IMG/VR virus record: IMGVR_UViG_3300045988_087611
DNA from: a virus
Length of the DNA stretch: 61,953 bases
Strand: one strand, 5' to 3'
Positions 9,368-18,681 of the stretch are shown piece by piece. The position numbers and the translations under genes are program-made. A model generated the notes under the pieces. The model saw nothing but the letters and a program-made list of their open reading frames with translations, ran no database searches and had not been told where the DNA came from. Every line of letters begins with the position of its first letter. Positions within the stretch are counted from its first letter, which is position 1.

Positions 9368-9617
9368 CAAAATTCTGGACAGTTTTGGGTGGCGCTGCAT
9401 TAGGGCCAATGCAGCTGTGCCGCTGATTTGTATTTATTCCAGCCCGACGGATTATCCCGGGAAATATGTGGCCCGCCTCTGGGATATGATGCGCCCAACG
9501 AACCTGGTCACTGTGTCCGACAGCCTGGAGGGCATCCGCCAGACAATCCCGGATGGTATGATGCTCTGTCCTCGATACCCCAACGATGATAACTGTATTG
9601 TAGAAACTTGGATTTGA
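9354..9617 (+). CDS. Hypothetical protein
   Basis: ATG at 9354 within ORF 9216..9617, overlapping the recU end. Confidence 0.4.
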   Translation: MERNDKILDSFGWRCIRANAAVPLICIYSSPTDYPGKYVARLWDMMRPTNLVTVSDSLEGIRQTIPDGMMLCPRYPNDDNCIVETWI

Positions 9618-9632
9618 TGGGGGTGGCAAACC

Positions 9633-9995
9633 GTGCGCTGTAAAATTTTCAACTGCGATAAGCGCCATGGGCATTACTGCTGTGCCGAGTGCCCTCGCCG
9701 GAGCAGATGTAAAAATCCGTGTCAGAACAGCCCTGGAAACTGCGGCCAAGCCCGACCAGAGACAGTGCATGAACTGATGAAGGAGCATGGAATCCGAAGG
9801 GTTGACCTGAAAGAAGCCATTTCCATCATCAATAAGAGAAAGCCGGTGGGCCTTTTCTTTTCCGGGTCGTTCAGAGAGGGATATACCGGCATCGACAACC
9901 GCACCGGAGACGCCTGGACGGAGGAGTTTCAATGCCTTCATTCTTGCGTCGAGTGGTTGATTGGGAAGGCGCCAAGGGAGGAATACGGGCCGTGA
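9633..9995 (+). CDS. Cys-rich hypothetical protein
   Basis: GTG start. N-terminus CKIFNCDKRHGHYCCAECPRRSRCKNPC. Confidence 0.45.
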   Translation: MRCKIFNCDKRHGHYCCAECPRRSRCKNPCQNSPGNCGQARPETVHELMKEHGIRRVDLKEAISIINKRKPVGLFFSGSFREGYTGIDNRTGDAWTEEFQCLHSCVEWLIGKAPREEYGP

Positions 9996-10198
9996 AGACG
10001 TATATCTGCCCTGTTTGCCATAATGAGGAGCACCTTCCTGGAGCCCGCTTCTGCATGGTGTGCGGCGCTGCCTTTCCCCTTGCGGAACAGCCGCCTCCTC
10101 CTGGGCCGTGCAGTCTGTGCGATTATGGCGGTACGCATCTTGACGCCCCGCCCTGTTCCAACTGCCCGGCGACCAGGAGCGGTAGGAAGGGGGTGTGA
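9992..10198 (+). CDS. Zinc-ribbon protein
   Basis: GTGA overlap start. CPVCHNE...CMVCG and CSLC...CSNC. Confidence 0.4.
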   Translation: MKTYICPVCHNEEHLPGARFCMVCGAAFPLAEQPPPPGPCSLCDYGGTHLDAPPCSNCPATRSGRKGV

Positions 10199-10554
10199 GC
10201 GCCGTGAGCGACCATGAGATATTCACGATACCGGCCCGCCGGTGCAAACGGTGTGGAGGCCTCCTGACAAGCGCCCAGGCCCTTCGTGATGGGTACGGCC
10301 CTTGTTGCCTCCGGAAAATGAAGCAAGAGGCCCTGGAGCGAGAGGAAGCAAAAAATCAATACAGCCTTTTCCCGGGAGAAGGTGCCGGCAGTTCCTCGCC
10401 CTTGAACGGGGCCTGCGTGACTGGATTGAGCCCCTCCGGCCATTGCGGGGCAGCCGCTTACTGTCCAGAGCCCTACGACTGCTGCGCTGCCTGCCCGGAG
10501 CCGTGCAATCTCCGGTGCGGATGGCTGAAGAAGGAAGGCGATCCCAACGGCTAA
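10195..10554 (+). CDS. DUF6011-like Cys-motif protein
   Basis: RRCKRCGGLLTSAQALRDGYGPCC fits the CxxCG..LT..S...G.GP.C pattern. Confidence 0.45.
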   Translation: MSAVSDHEIFTIPARRCKRCGGLLTSAQALRDGYGPCCLRKMKQEALEREEAKNQYSLFPGEGAGSSSPLNGACVTGLSPSGHCGAAAYCPEPYDCCAACPEPCNLRCGWLKKEGDPNG

Positions 10555-10561
10555 AACCGAA

Positions 10562-11239
10562 ATGACGAAGGCCATCGAGAAGGCCCTGCGCTGCTACCAC
10601 CCTTCAGAAGTGTGCGGAATTCGCGTGAACAAGTTCAGGAGCACCCACACTGCCTTCGAGGTGCCGGTGGTCTGTGGAACCAGCAAGGCCGGCCTGGTGG
10701 ACTGTATGCGGGTGCAGGAATACTTTGGCGGCATCCGCCGGGAGGAATATTGTTACCTTTCCCACTATGTCGAAAGAGGCAAAGAGTGGGCAAGGGCGAT
10801 GGATGAAGGATTTACCTGCGGCCGAGGCTTCGGCCCCGGGGAGAAGCCAGAGCTCTGCAACGAGGTCAGTTGCCGGTGCCGCCATATCCGGGAAGTTGGG
10901 CACCAGGAGATCCTTATCACCTGTTACGAAATCAAGGTCAGCAAGAGTGACTTCAAAAGCAAGAACGGACACAACTTCGTGGGCAACTGCAATTATTATG
11001 TGATTCCCAACGAACTCTATGCAGCCGTAGCCGACCTGGTGCCAGAGGACATCGGCATTATTCTATACCTCCATGCTGGGAGCTATGTCGGCCTGCGCAG
11101 GAAAAAGGAATGCACCTTCAGAGAACTCACCGACGAAGATCAGAAGTGGTTCATCCTCTCCACTATGAAACGTCTGGAGGAAACCACCTGGAAAGAGCGG
11201 GTCACAGGCGGCCATGCCGGTGACCTGGGCCTTTGGTAA
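10562..11239 (+). CDS. PD-(D/E)XK-type nuclease-like protein (MmcB-like)
   Basis: Segment ILITCYEIKVSKSDFKSKNGHNFVGNCNYYVIP. ExK follows an upstream acidic residue. Confidence 0.4.
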   Translation: MTKAIEKALRCYHPSEVCGIRVNKFRSTHTAFEVPVVCGTSKAGLVDCMRVQEYFGGIRREEYCYLSHYVERGKEWARAMDEGFTCGRGFGPGEKPELCNEVSCRCRHIREVGHQEILITCYEIKVSKSDFKSKNGHNFVGNCNYYVIPNELYAAVADLVPEDIGIILYLHAGSYVGLRRKKECTFRELTDEDQKWFILSTMKRLEETTWKERVTGGHAGDLGLW

Positions 11240-11251
11240 GGAGAAATTTGT

Positions 11252-12274
11252 ATGATGAACAAGAGCAAAATTGACTGGTGCGACTTCACCTGGAATCCGG
11301 TGACGGGCTGCACCCGGGGGTGTGAATACTGCTATGCAGCCAAGCAGGCCCGTCGCTTCTGCGGCGATGTGCGCCTTAATCTGACTTCCCCCCAGATTGT
11401 TGATGCCGGCGGCCGGGCCTATATTCTGGAGCAGCCCTTCAAGAGTGACCGGGAGACCACAATTCCCTTCCCCGTAGGCTTCCGGCCCACCTTCCACCGC
11501 TACCGGCTATCTATGCCGGCGGAGAAGCACAAGGCGGGCACTATCTTCGTGTGCAGCATGGGCGATCTGTTCAATCGTGACATACCGACGCGCTGGATCA
11601 TAGAGGTTTTTGATGCCTGCTTGGCAGCCCCCCAGCACCATTATCTGTTCCTGACGAAGTTCCCGGAGCGATACCAGGAGCTGGAGCACCTGGCACTTTT
11701 GCCCCACGGGTACAACTTCTGGTACGGTACGACAGTCACCAGAAATCACGAGCTCGGGCGCATTTCCCACCTTCCCCTCTCCGCTCACCGCTTCGTTAGC
11801 ATTGAGCCTATTTTGGAGAACATTGGCCTTGACCTCGGCCCTGTTCTTAACCCAGCCGGCCCGGCAGCCGTCGTGCCTCCTGTCGAATGGGTTATCGTCG
11901 GGGCAGAGACAGGGAACCAGAAAAGCAAAAAGGTGCCCCGCCGGGAGTGGCTGACAACTATTCTCGACGAGGCCCACGAGAACCATATTCCCGTTCTGAT
12001 GAAGAACAGCAAGGAAATGCGATCCGTCTGGGGAAATGCTATCCCCCAGGCATTTCCCACCGGCCTGGAGCCCATGCCGCAGGATAACAGCATTCCCCAC
12101 TGTAAGGAGTGTGAGCTTCGGGAAGAGACCCACCAGGGGCGCCGAGGCACCGCCATCGCCTGCCAGATCGGCTGGGAGGCGGACGGATACCACGACCGGC
12201 CAGCTCGGCCCGTTCCCGGCCGCTATACCAGGTCTTCACCGCCATGGTGCCCCAGGAGAGGAGAAAAGGAATGA
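11252..12274 (+). CDS. Phage Gp37/Gp68 family (DUF5131) radical-SAM-like protein
   Basis: N-terminus SKIDWCDFTWNPVTGCTRGCEYCYA carries the family signature and a CxxxCxxC cluster. Confidence 0.75.
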   Translation: MMNKSKIDWCDFTWNPVTGCTRGCEYCYAAKQARRFCGDVRLNLTSPQIVDAGGRAYILEQPFKSDRETTIPFPVGFRPTFHRYRLSMPAEKHKAGTIFVCSMGDLFNRDIPTRWIIEVFDACLAAPQHHYLFLTKFPERYQELEHLALLPHGYNFWYGTTVTRNHELGRISHLPLSAHRFVSIEPILENIGLDLGPVLNPAGPAAVVPPVEWVIVGAETGNQKSKKVPRREWLTTILDEAHENHIPVLMKNSKEMRSVWGNAIPQAFPTGLEPMPQDNSIPHCKECELREETHQGRRGTAIACQIGWEADGYHDRPARPVPGRYTRSSPPWCPRRGEKE

Positions 12275-12411
12275 GATTCCCGTGTTATAACTGCCCGCGC
12301 TGCGGGCAGACAATCGCCCCTGGATGCAGCGGCTTCATGGAGTGCCCGGATTGGCTCGAATGGGCCAGAGAAAAGAATGCCGAAGAGGAGGAAATTCAGG
12401 ATGAAAAATGA
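12271..12411 (+). CDS. 46-aa zinc-ribbon-like protein
   Basis: Not in the ORF track. MRFPCYNCPRCGQTIAPGCSGFMEC. ATGA overlap with the upstream stop. Confidence 0.4.
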   Translation: MRFPCYNCPRCGQTIAPGCSGFMECPDWLEWAREKNAEEEEIQDEK

Positions 12412-12796
12412 ACAGAAATTCACCTATCATACTGGCGGGAAGACCATCTGCACACCACAGAAAGCCATCCCGGTCAAAGATTGGCTGGAGGAAGGGAAGC
12501 GCCTTTTCGGCCCTGATCCTCTCGACTGGCGCTTTCAGTGCCCTATCTGCGGACGGGTCTACACGGCAAGAGAGCACATGGAGGCCGGGAGCTCCGGCCC
12601 CAACAGTGCCTACCAAGAGTGCATCGGCCGCTATCTGAAGGCAGGCCCATTTGACCCAAAGAAAGGGAACGAGAACGGCTGCGACTGGTGCGCCTTCGGC
12701 TTGTTTGGAACTGTTGGAAAAGGTCTTATTGTTGAAGCTGAAGACGGCTCTGTTGTTGAAGCCTTCCGGTTTGCTGAAGGTGAACAGGATGGTTAA
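12401..12796 (+). CDS. Hypothetical protein with CPICG motif
   Basis: ATG at 12401 after GGAGGAGG, inside ORF 12377..12796. Confidence 0.45.
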   Translation: MKNEQKFTYHTGGKTICTPQKAIPVKDWLEEGKRLFGPDPLDWRFQCPICGRVYTAREHMEAGSSGPNSAYQECIGRYLKAGPFDPKKGNENGCDWCAFGLFGTVGKGLIVEAEDGSVVEAFRFAEGEQDG

Positions 12797-13367
12797 GCCT
12801 ATTCTGTTTTCGGCGGATATGGTGAAAGCTATCCTGGAGGAACGGAAAACCGTCACTCGACGGCTGGTAAAGCCACAGCCGCTTCCAGTAGTTAATACTC
12901 TGTACCGGAAGGACGATACGAACATCTGGAGGACTTGCGGCGCAGACTGGTGGTATGAGTTCCGGGCTCCTTGTGTACCTGGTGACATTCTGTGGGTACG
13001 GGAGGCCTGGGGAATGGCGTCCGATCTGCTCGGCGGCGTTCCCGGGCCAGTCTACCGTACCGATTACACCGATAACGAGCTGCGGGCGCTGCGGGAGAAG
13101 CACTACCACTGGTACCCCTCCATTCACATGCCCAAGGAAGCGGCCCGGATATTTCTCCAGGTCAAGGAGGTGCGAGCGGGGCGGTTGCAGGACTGCGGAA
13201 ACGCTCAGGCGAAAGATGAGGGCTGTACCTGTTGCAGTCAGTTTGTCAGAGTATGGAACAGCGCCATCAAGCCGGCTGACCGCGCTATCTACGGATGGGA
13301 GGCCAATCCCTGGGTGTGGATCATTCAGTTTGAGCGGTGCGAAAAGCCGGAGGGGTGGCCCGGATGA
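12789..13367 (+). CDS. ASCH-like domain protein
   Basis: N-terminus MVKPILFSADMVKAILEERKTVTRR is typical of ASCH/PUA-like phage proteins. Confidence 0.45.
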   Translation: MVKPILFSADMVKAILEERKTVTRRLVKPQPLPVVNTLYRKDDTNIWRTCGADWWYEFRAPCVPGDILWVREAWGMASDLLGGVPGPVYRTDYTDNELRALREKHYHWYPSIHMPKEAARIFLQVKEVRAGRLQDCGNAQAKDEGCTCCSQFVRVWNSAIKPADRAIYGWEANPWVWIIQFERCEKPEGWPG

Positions 13368-13537
13368 ACACCATCACCATCAAGAACCTATCGACACTTT
13401 CTGACTTTTCCGCGGTGGCCCGGGTGGCCTCCTTCATGGCCGGGGACAGCCACTCGGCCACCCATGACTGGCGGGAGGTCGAGATCGTGAAGATCGCCCG
13501 GAGGGGGAACACCTACACCGTGACAGACAAGGAGTGA
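13364..13537 (+). CDS. Hypothetical small protein
   Basis: ATGA overlap start within ORF 13337..13537. Confidence 0.4.
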   Translation: MNTITIKNLSTLSDFSAVARVASFMAGDSHSATHDWREVEIVKIARRGNTYTVTDKE

Positions 13538-13542
13538 CCACC

Positions 13543-13905
13543 ATGCCCTGTGAACCTGTTTTCAATAAGGGGAAGCTGGTCGGGTGGATGTGCCGGCGGG
13601 GGCGCGGAAAGCCAAAGCCTCCCCCCTGCTATAAATGCGGAGCCCCCGCCACCTGTTTCTGCGATCACCGGGATATGGAGGCACTCTATCAGACGGACGA
13701 TTATGGACACAAGCTCCGGAAGAGATGGGTCGCATCCATTGACACATGCAGCCGCCCCATGTGCGCCGCCTGTGCTCATCATTATGACCCGGACACTGAC
13801 TTCTGCGACGAACACAACAGCGAAATCGCCAGGGTGCGGAGCGCCAAGGCGGAGCAGCTATACCAGGAGCAGCTCCGTGCCCTGGGCATTGAGGAGGAGC
13901 CATGA
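13543..13905 (+). CDS. Cys-rich hypothetical protein
   Basis: ATG at 13543 lies 8 nt after AAGGAG (alternative GTG at 13534). Several CxxC pairs. Confidence 0.45.
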   Translation: MPCEPVFNKGKLVGWMCRRGRGKPKPPPCYKCGAPATCFCDHRDMEALYQTDDYGHKLRKRWVASIDTCSRPMCAACAHHYDPDTDFCDEHNSEIARVRSAKAEQLYQEQLRALGIEEEP

Positions 13906-14081
13906 GTAAGAAAAAGAACCTTCGCCGATTAAGCACCCTTGTCACCGCACAGACCCTTGGGAACCTGGAGAAGCTGGCTGCCATGGCCGGATATGGGAAC
14001 ACCGGCCGGGTCATTGATAAGCTGGTGCGGGATCACATGATGAGGCTACGTCTGGGGAGCAAGAAGGAGAATACAAGATGA
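13902..14081 (+). CDS. 59-aa ribbon-helix-helix-like protein
   Basis: Not in the ORF track. ATGA-coupled at both ends. RRLSTLVTAQTLGNLEKLAAMAGY..GRVIDKLVRDH fits a strand-helix-helix layout. Confidence 0.4.
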   Translation: MSKKKNLRRLSTLVTAQTLGNLEKLAAMAGYGNTGRVIDKLVRDHMMRLRLGSKKENTR

Positions 14082-14365
14082 ACATGATTATTCTATATGC
14101 CATGGGGCTCGCGTCTCTGGCCGTTTTGATTGCCGGGGCCTTTTTCCTGGTAGTCCTGATCGTCTACGGCATCCAGCGAATCTGGGCAAAAGTGTCGGCC
14201 TGCGCCAAAAATACGAGGGAGTACATGGAGAACCGCCAAGATTACATCCTTTACAAGCGGGATTTTATCTATTGGGAGGAGAGCAAGCGGGCCAAGGCCG
14301 ACAGGTGCCACCTCTGTGAATACCGGAAAATGTTTTTGGAAGAGGAAGAAGGTGCGGAACCGTGA
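14078..14365 (+). CDS. Membrane protein (1 TM)
   Basis: IILYAMGLASLAVLIAGAFFLVVLIVYGI. Confidence 0.5.
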   Translation: MNMIILYAMGLASLAVLIAGAFFLVVLIVYGIQRIWAKVSACAKNTREYMENRQDYILYKRDFIYWEESKRAKADRCHLCEYRKMFLEEEEGAEP

Positions 14366-14652
14366 CAGATCAAGAGAAGATGGTTTCTCTTATCGTTCAG
14401 GCGAAAGCCGAAGATCCGGAAACAGGCAGCTTCACCGAGTTCTTGGCCGGATTTCTCCTTAGGCGTGGTGCGAGCCTTCCTGCGACATCTCGAAGCGAGC
14501 CACGCTCACCCTACATCGACGACAATATCCTTGCTTGCCCATGCTGCGGCAGCGGGGAGTATCTGGAGAACGAAGACGGAAATGAGAACCGCTACTGCGG
14601 CCAGTGCGGCCAGTGCCTTGATTGGAGCCGCCCGCCGGTAGGGAAAGGATGA
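14362..14652 (+). CDS. Zinc-ribbon hypothetical protein
   Basis: GTGA overlap start. CPCCGSG...YCGQCGQC. Confidence 0.4.
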   Translation: MTDQEKMVSLIVQAKAEDPETGSFTEFLAGFLLRRGASLPATSRSEPRSPYIDDNILACPCCGSGEYLENEDGNENRYCGQCGQCLDWSRPPVGKG

Positions 14653-14658
14653 GTGAGT

Positions 14659-14973
14659 ATGGAAAGGAAAGAAGCAGTTGTCGTTCTCCAGGAAAGCAAG
14701 CGGCAGAATGAGATTATGCGGGATAATCCTTCGACTTTTTTCACTTCAAAAACAATGGCGAGCGGAGTGGGCAGTGCAAAAAAGCGGATTGCTGCCCTCG
14801 ATATGGCTATCGCTGCCTTGTCCCAGACCAATGAGCCATTGACGTGCGAGGGGTGTGCCTGTGAGAAATACAGCCGAGATGCCTACCCGTGCAATAGTTG
14901 TTCCAGGAACAATGAAACGATTTCTGACCAATACCGCCCGCCGGAGGGAGAGGAGGAGCGTCATGGCGATTAA
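14659..14973 (+). CDS. Hypothetical protein
   Basis: ATG at 14659 (GTG alternative at 14653). C-terminal CEGCACE..CNSC. Confidence 0.4.
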   Translation: MERKEAVVVLQESKRQNEIMRDNPSTFFTSKTMASGVGSAKKRIAALDMAIAALSQTNEPLTCEGCACEKYSRDAYPCNSCSRNNETISDQYRPPEGEEERHGD

Positions 14974-15385
14974 GAACTACACGACCGAGGTAGAGGTCTA
15001 TAAGAGTTTAGGAGAAATTCAAGGGGCGCTCGCCGGCCATGGCGCCAGAAAGGTCATGGTGGACTATAATACCGCCGGCCAGCCCACCGGCATCATGTTT
15101 GCCATCGAAACTCCGGCCGGGCCTCGTGGCTTCTGCCTCCCTGCCAATATTGACGGGGTACGGACAGTATTTACCCAGCAGAAGGTGAAAGCCAAACCAG
15201 GTCAAGCCGAGCGCACCGCGTGGCGCAACGTCCGGGACTGGGTCATGGCGCAGATGGCGATTATTGAAGCCGGGCAAGTGCAAATGGAAGAGGTATTTCT
15301 GCCCTATCTGACTGACAGTAGCGGGCAAACGCTATATCAGCTATACCAGAGAGGCCGGTTGTCCCTCGGCCCTGGGGAGGGTTGA
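14963..15385 (+). CDS. Hypothetical protein
   Basis: ATG at 14963 after GAGGAGGAG, inside ORF 14855..15385. Confidence 0.45.
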   Translation: MAIKNYTTEVEVYKSLGEIQGALAGHGARKVMVDYNTAGQPTGIMFAIETPAGPRGFCLPANIDGVRTVFTQQKVKAKPGQAERTAWRNVRDWVMAQMAIIEAGQVQMEEVFLPYLTDSSGQTLYQLYQRGRLSLGPGEG

Positions 15386-15386
15386 C

Positions 15387-15893
15387 ATGAAGCGGCTGAC
15401 ATACTTTGACGGCGGGAAATGGCGGCTCAAAATCGGAGATACGGAATACAGCGGTGAAGCCGCTGACCGCCTCGCAGCCTACGAGGGCACGGGGCTGGAG
15501 CCGGAGGAAATCATTTCTGCCGTGGATATGGCAAAAATCGCCTGTGCGCTGCATGAGCTTAATATCTACAAGGAGCTCGGCTCCATTGACTGCCTCCGCA
15601 AGCTGGCTGGCGTCCCGGGAGAGACATCAACCATCACCAATGGGGGTAAAATCCGGGCCATGGACGACGACAGACTGGCGCAAGAGATTCTGCGCCGCTG
15701 GCGGGCAGAAATGGAGGCGGGAAAGTTTGAGGATATTTCCACTCGGTGGTGTGACATGAAGGGTGGATGTGTCAGCAGTAAGGGATACCCACGCCCCTGC
15801 ACGGAAGAGCGTCTGCTGGCCTGCATCAAACGATGGCTCCAGCAGCCGGCAGAAGAGGGGGTGAACCTTTGGCACCCTCAAAGTTCGGACTGA
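15387..15893 (+). CDS. Hypothetical protein
   Basis: 168-aa ORF in the co-directional early operon. Confidence 0.45.
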   Translation: MKRLTYFDGGKWRLKIGDTEYSGEAADRLAAYEGTGLEPEEIISAVDMAKIACALHELNIYKELGSIDCLRKLAGVPGETSTITNGGKIRAMDDDRLAQEILRRWRAEMEAGKFEDISTRWCDMKGGCVSSKGYPRPCTEERLLACIKRWLQQPAEEGVNLWHPQSSD

Positions 15894-15904
15894 CGCCAGA
15901 GGAG

Positions 15905-16249
15905 ATGGCAGACCTACAAAAAACCGTCCAAGCATTGAAAGCGGCCTTTTGCGCCGCCGGCGATGCCATCACTGCCGCAGCAGAGCAACTCCGGGAGGCA
16001 TACATGGCCGCCGAAGCGGCGGCCATGGCCCGCGTTGACATGGAGGCTATATGGGCCCTGTTTGCCCAAGAGGCGGACGCAGAGGAAACAAAGAGAAAAG
16101 CCAGGGGTAATCCCTGCCCCAAGCCATACCGCCGCCCGTGGCCCCGTGAAACGGCCGTGCGGCTATATTATCAATCAACGTCCAAGAGGAGCACCCGTCC
16201 GACGGCGCGCTCCTCCATCAAGCAGCGACGGAACCGACGGAAGCCGTGA
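15905..16249 (+). CDS. Hypothetical protein with an Arg/Lys-rich tail
   Basis: ATG at 15905 after AGAGGAG, inside ORF 15833..16249. Confidence 0.35.
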   Translation: MADLQKTVQALKAAFCAAGDAITAAAEQLREAYMAAEAAAMARVDMEAIWALFAQEADAEETKRKARGNPCPKPYRRPWPRETAVRLYYQSTSKRSTRPTARSSIKQRRNRRKP

Positions 16250-16273
16250 GCGTTCCGAGAGGAGGAGAACACC

Positions 16274-16873
16274 ATGAAGAGCACAGACAACACCGGGGCC
16301 ACCGGGTTCCTCTATGCCTGCATCAGCTCCCGGGTCATGGAGCAGGCGATCCAAAGGGGAATTGATGCCGGGGTGAAAGCGGCTATGGAGCATATCCGCA
16401 CCGAGCGGGAGAAGGAGCGGAAAAGCCGCCAGGATAGGAGGCTCCACAACACCCGCCTCCTCCTGAAGAATTACCGGCTCCTGAAGGAGCATACCAAGGG
16501 AGCCATCTTCCGTGCCAACCAGGCCAGGGAGCGAGCTGTGGACATCTTGGATGGCCTCAACGACTATGAGATGGACGATGGCCTTTACATCGAGAGCATC
16601 AAGAAAAGCCAGCAGCGCACCCTCATCATCCTGGCACACATAGACCAAATGCTGGAGCTCTACAAGGCATACTGTTATAACAGCGGGAACCCAGAAAACA
16701 TCCGCCGGTATGGCGTGGTCATGGCGACCTATATCGACGAGCCGAAAAAAAGTGCCCTCGAAATTGCGGGCACTTTTGGCATCGAAAAGCGCACCGTTTA
16801 CAAGGACATCAAAGCGGCCGCAAACCCGCTCACCGCCTTGCTTTTTGGCATCGACAGCCTGCGGATGGAATAG
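16274..16873 (+). CDS. ArpU/RinA-like late-gene transcriptional regulator
   Basis: C-terminal sigma-region-4-like HTH KKSALEIAGTFGIEKRTVYKDIK. It is the last early gene before the packaging module. Confidence 0.55.
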   Translation: MKSTDNTGATGFLYACISSRVMEQAIQRGIDAGVKAAMEHIRTEREKERKSRQDRRLHNTRLLLKNYRLLKEHTKGAIFRANQARERAVDILDGLNDYEMDDGLYIESIKKSQQRTLIILAHIDQMLELYKAYCYNSGNPENIRRYGVVMATYIDEPKKSALEIAGTFGIEKRTVYKDIKAAANPLTALLFGIDSLRME

Positions 16874-16910
16874 CAAAATAGGCCCTCCCCCAGAGGGCAC
16901 AAAGTGGGCA

Positions 16911-16939
16911 CTGACAATTCACTTCGTATGTGCTAAAAT
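16911..16939 (+). promoter_or_regulatory. Promoter upstream of the ParB-MTase and packaging genes
   Basis: CTGACA, 17-bp spacer, TAAAAT. Preceded by hairpin GCCCTC-N5-GAGGGC (16883-16899). Confidence 0.5.
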
Positions 16940-16960
16940 TGATAGCGTGGAGGATTGGAT

Positions 16961-18670
16961 ATGAGCAACGAAACCACCACACCGGCCCAGCCAAGGGCCA
17001 CCACACCGGACGGCTTTAAGGTCTGGTGCAGCTTCGACGAACTCGTGGAGCTGGACAGCTTGAAGCCAAATCCCAGAAATCCCAATAAGCACCCGGTGGC
17101 CCAGCTTGAGCTCCTGGCGAATATTATCAAGAAGGGCGGCTGGCGGGAGAAGATCACCGTCAGCCGCCGCAGCGGTTTTATCGTCAAGGGACATGCCAGG
17201 CGGGAGGCCGGGAAGATGGCCGGAGGGCAGTATGCTCCCGTCGAATGGCAGGACTACGCCACCGAGGCCGACGAGATGGCCGACCTGATTGCCGATAACC
17301 GGATCGCCGAGCTGGCGGTTCTGGATGAAGAGGCCATCACCGAGCTGCTGGCCGAGCTGGAGGCCAACACCGACGGCATAGACCCGGAAATGAGCGGCTT
17401 CACCGCCGAGCAGATCAGGGAAATGGTGGAGAAGGCGCAGAAGGGGGCAGACGAGGCAGAGCAGCAGGCAGCCCGCCTCACCCTTCAGCAGAAGTTCCTG
17501 ATCCCGCCATTCACCGTCCTGGACGCCCGTGGCGGCTTCTGGTCGGAGCGGAAGAAGGCATGGAAGGCCCTGGGCATCCGCTCCGAGATGGGCCGGGGCG
17601 CCGACGACTGCAAGACCGAGGGCGGCCTTACCTTCGCCCGGAGCTCCCAGCCGCCGGCAGTCTACCAGGCCAAGAATGACTACGAGGCCAAGGTGGGCAA
17701 GAAGATCTCCTGGGAGGAGTTTGCCAACCTGTTCCCCGAGGTCATGGCCCAGGGCGGCACCTCCATTTTTGACCCGGTGCTCTGTGAGGTAGCCTATCGG
17801 TGGTTCTGCCCACAGGGCGGCTCCATCATTGACCCCTTCGCCGGCGGGAGCGTCCGGGGCATCGTGGCAGCCCTTACCGGCCGGCGCTATACCGGCGTTG
17901 ATTTATCCGGCCGGCAAATCGAGGCTAACACCCAAAATTGGGAGGAAATCTCTCACGAAAGCGTCTTAGAGGACAGTGAGTGCCCCGTAACTCCTCCCAA
18001 CTGGATCAACGGCGACAGCAGCCACATTGAAGAGCTGGCCCCGGGAGATTATGACCTATTCTTTACCTGTCCCCCCTATGCAGACCTGGAGGTTTATAGC
18101 GACAAGCCGGAAGACCTCTCCAACAAGGATTATCCGGAGTTCCTGGAGCTCTACCGGGGCATTATCCGAAAGACGGCGGCCATGCTGAAGCCAAACCGCT
18201 TCGCCTGCATCGTTGTGGGGGATGTGCGGGACAGCCGGGGCTTCTACCACAACTTCGTGAGTGACACCATCACGGCCTTCCGGGACGCCGGCATGGACTT
18301 CTACAATGAAGCCATTCTGATTATGCCTTTTGGCAGCCTGCCCATCCGGGCCGGCAAGCAGTTTGCCAGTGGCCGGAAGCTGGGCAAGGCCCACCAGAAT
18401 GTCCTTGTGTTCTGCAACGGAGACCCGGCCCAAAGTGGAGCCTTCGACCTGGAGACCCCGGAGGGGTACGCCGGGGACATTGGCCGCTATCTGGCCGCCG
18501 GCGCCGGCAAGCTGGGTCAGGAACACCAAAAGGTGCTGGTCTTCTCCAAAGGCGATCCCGCCCAGGCATCGGCCGATATTGGAGTGCCTGAGGACACGGA
18601 GGCCCTGGACAGCACCGACAACGCCCGGTTGCTGAAGGAGCTCCTGGGCAGCGACTATCCAGACGAATAA
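16961..18670 (+). CDS. ParB-like nuclease domain fused to a DNA methyltransferase
   Basis: N-terminus LKPNPRNPNKHP...GHARREA (ParB N-domain). AdoMet motif IIDPFAGGSVRG. Catalytic FTCPPY. ATG at 16961 after GGAGGA. Confidence 0.8.
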   Translation: MSNETTTPAQPRATTPDGFKVWCSFDELVELDSLKPNPRNPNKHPVAQLELLANIIKKGGWREKITVSRRSGFIVKGHARREAGKMAGGQYAPVEWQDYATEADEMADLIADNRIAELAVLDEEAITELLAELEANTDGIDPEMSGFTAEQIREMVEKAQKGADEAEQQAARLTLQQKFLIPPFTVLDARGGFWSERKKAWKALGIRSEMGRGADDCKTEGGLTFARSSQPPAVYQAKNDYEAKVGKKISWEEFANLFPEVMAQGGTSIFDPVLCEVAYRWFCPQGGSIIDPFAGGSVRGIVAALTGRRYTGVDLSGRQIEANTQNWEEISHESVLEDSECPVTPPNWINGDSSHIEELAPGDYDLFFTCPPYADLEVYSDKPEDLSNKDYPEFLELYRGIIRKTAAMLKPNRFACIVVGDVRDSRGFYHNFVSDTITAFRDAGMDFYNEAILIMPFGSLPIRAGKQFASGRKLGKAHQNVLVFCNGDPAQSGAFDLETPEGYAGDIGRYLAAGAGKLGQEHQKVLVFSKGDPAQASADIGVPEDTEALDSTDNARLLKELLGSDYPDE

Positions 18671-18681
18671 ACATTACCGCA

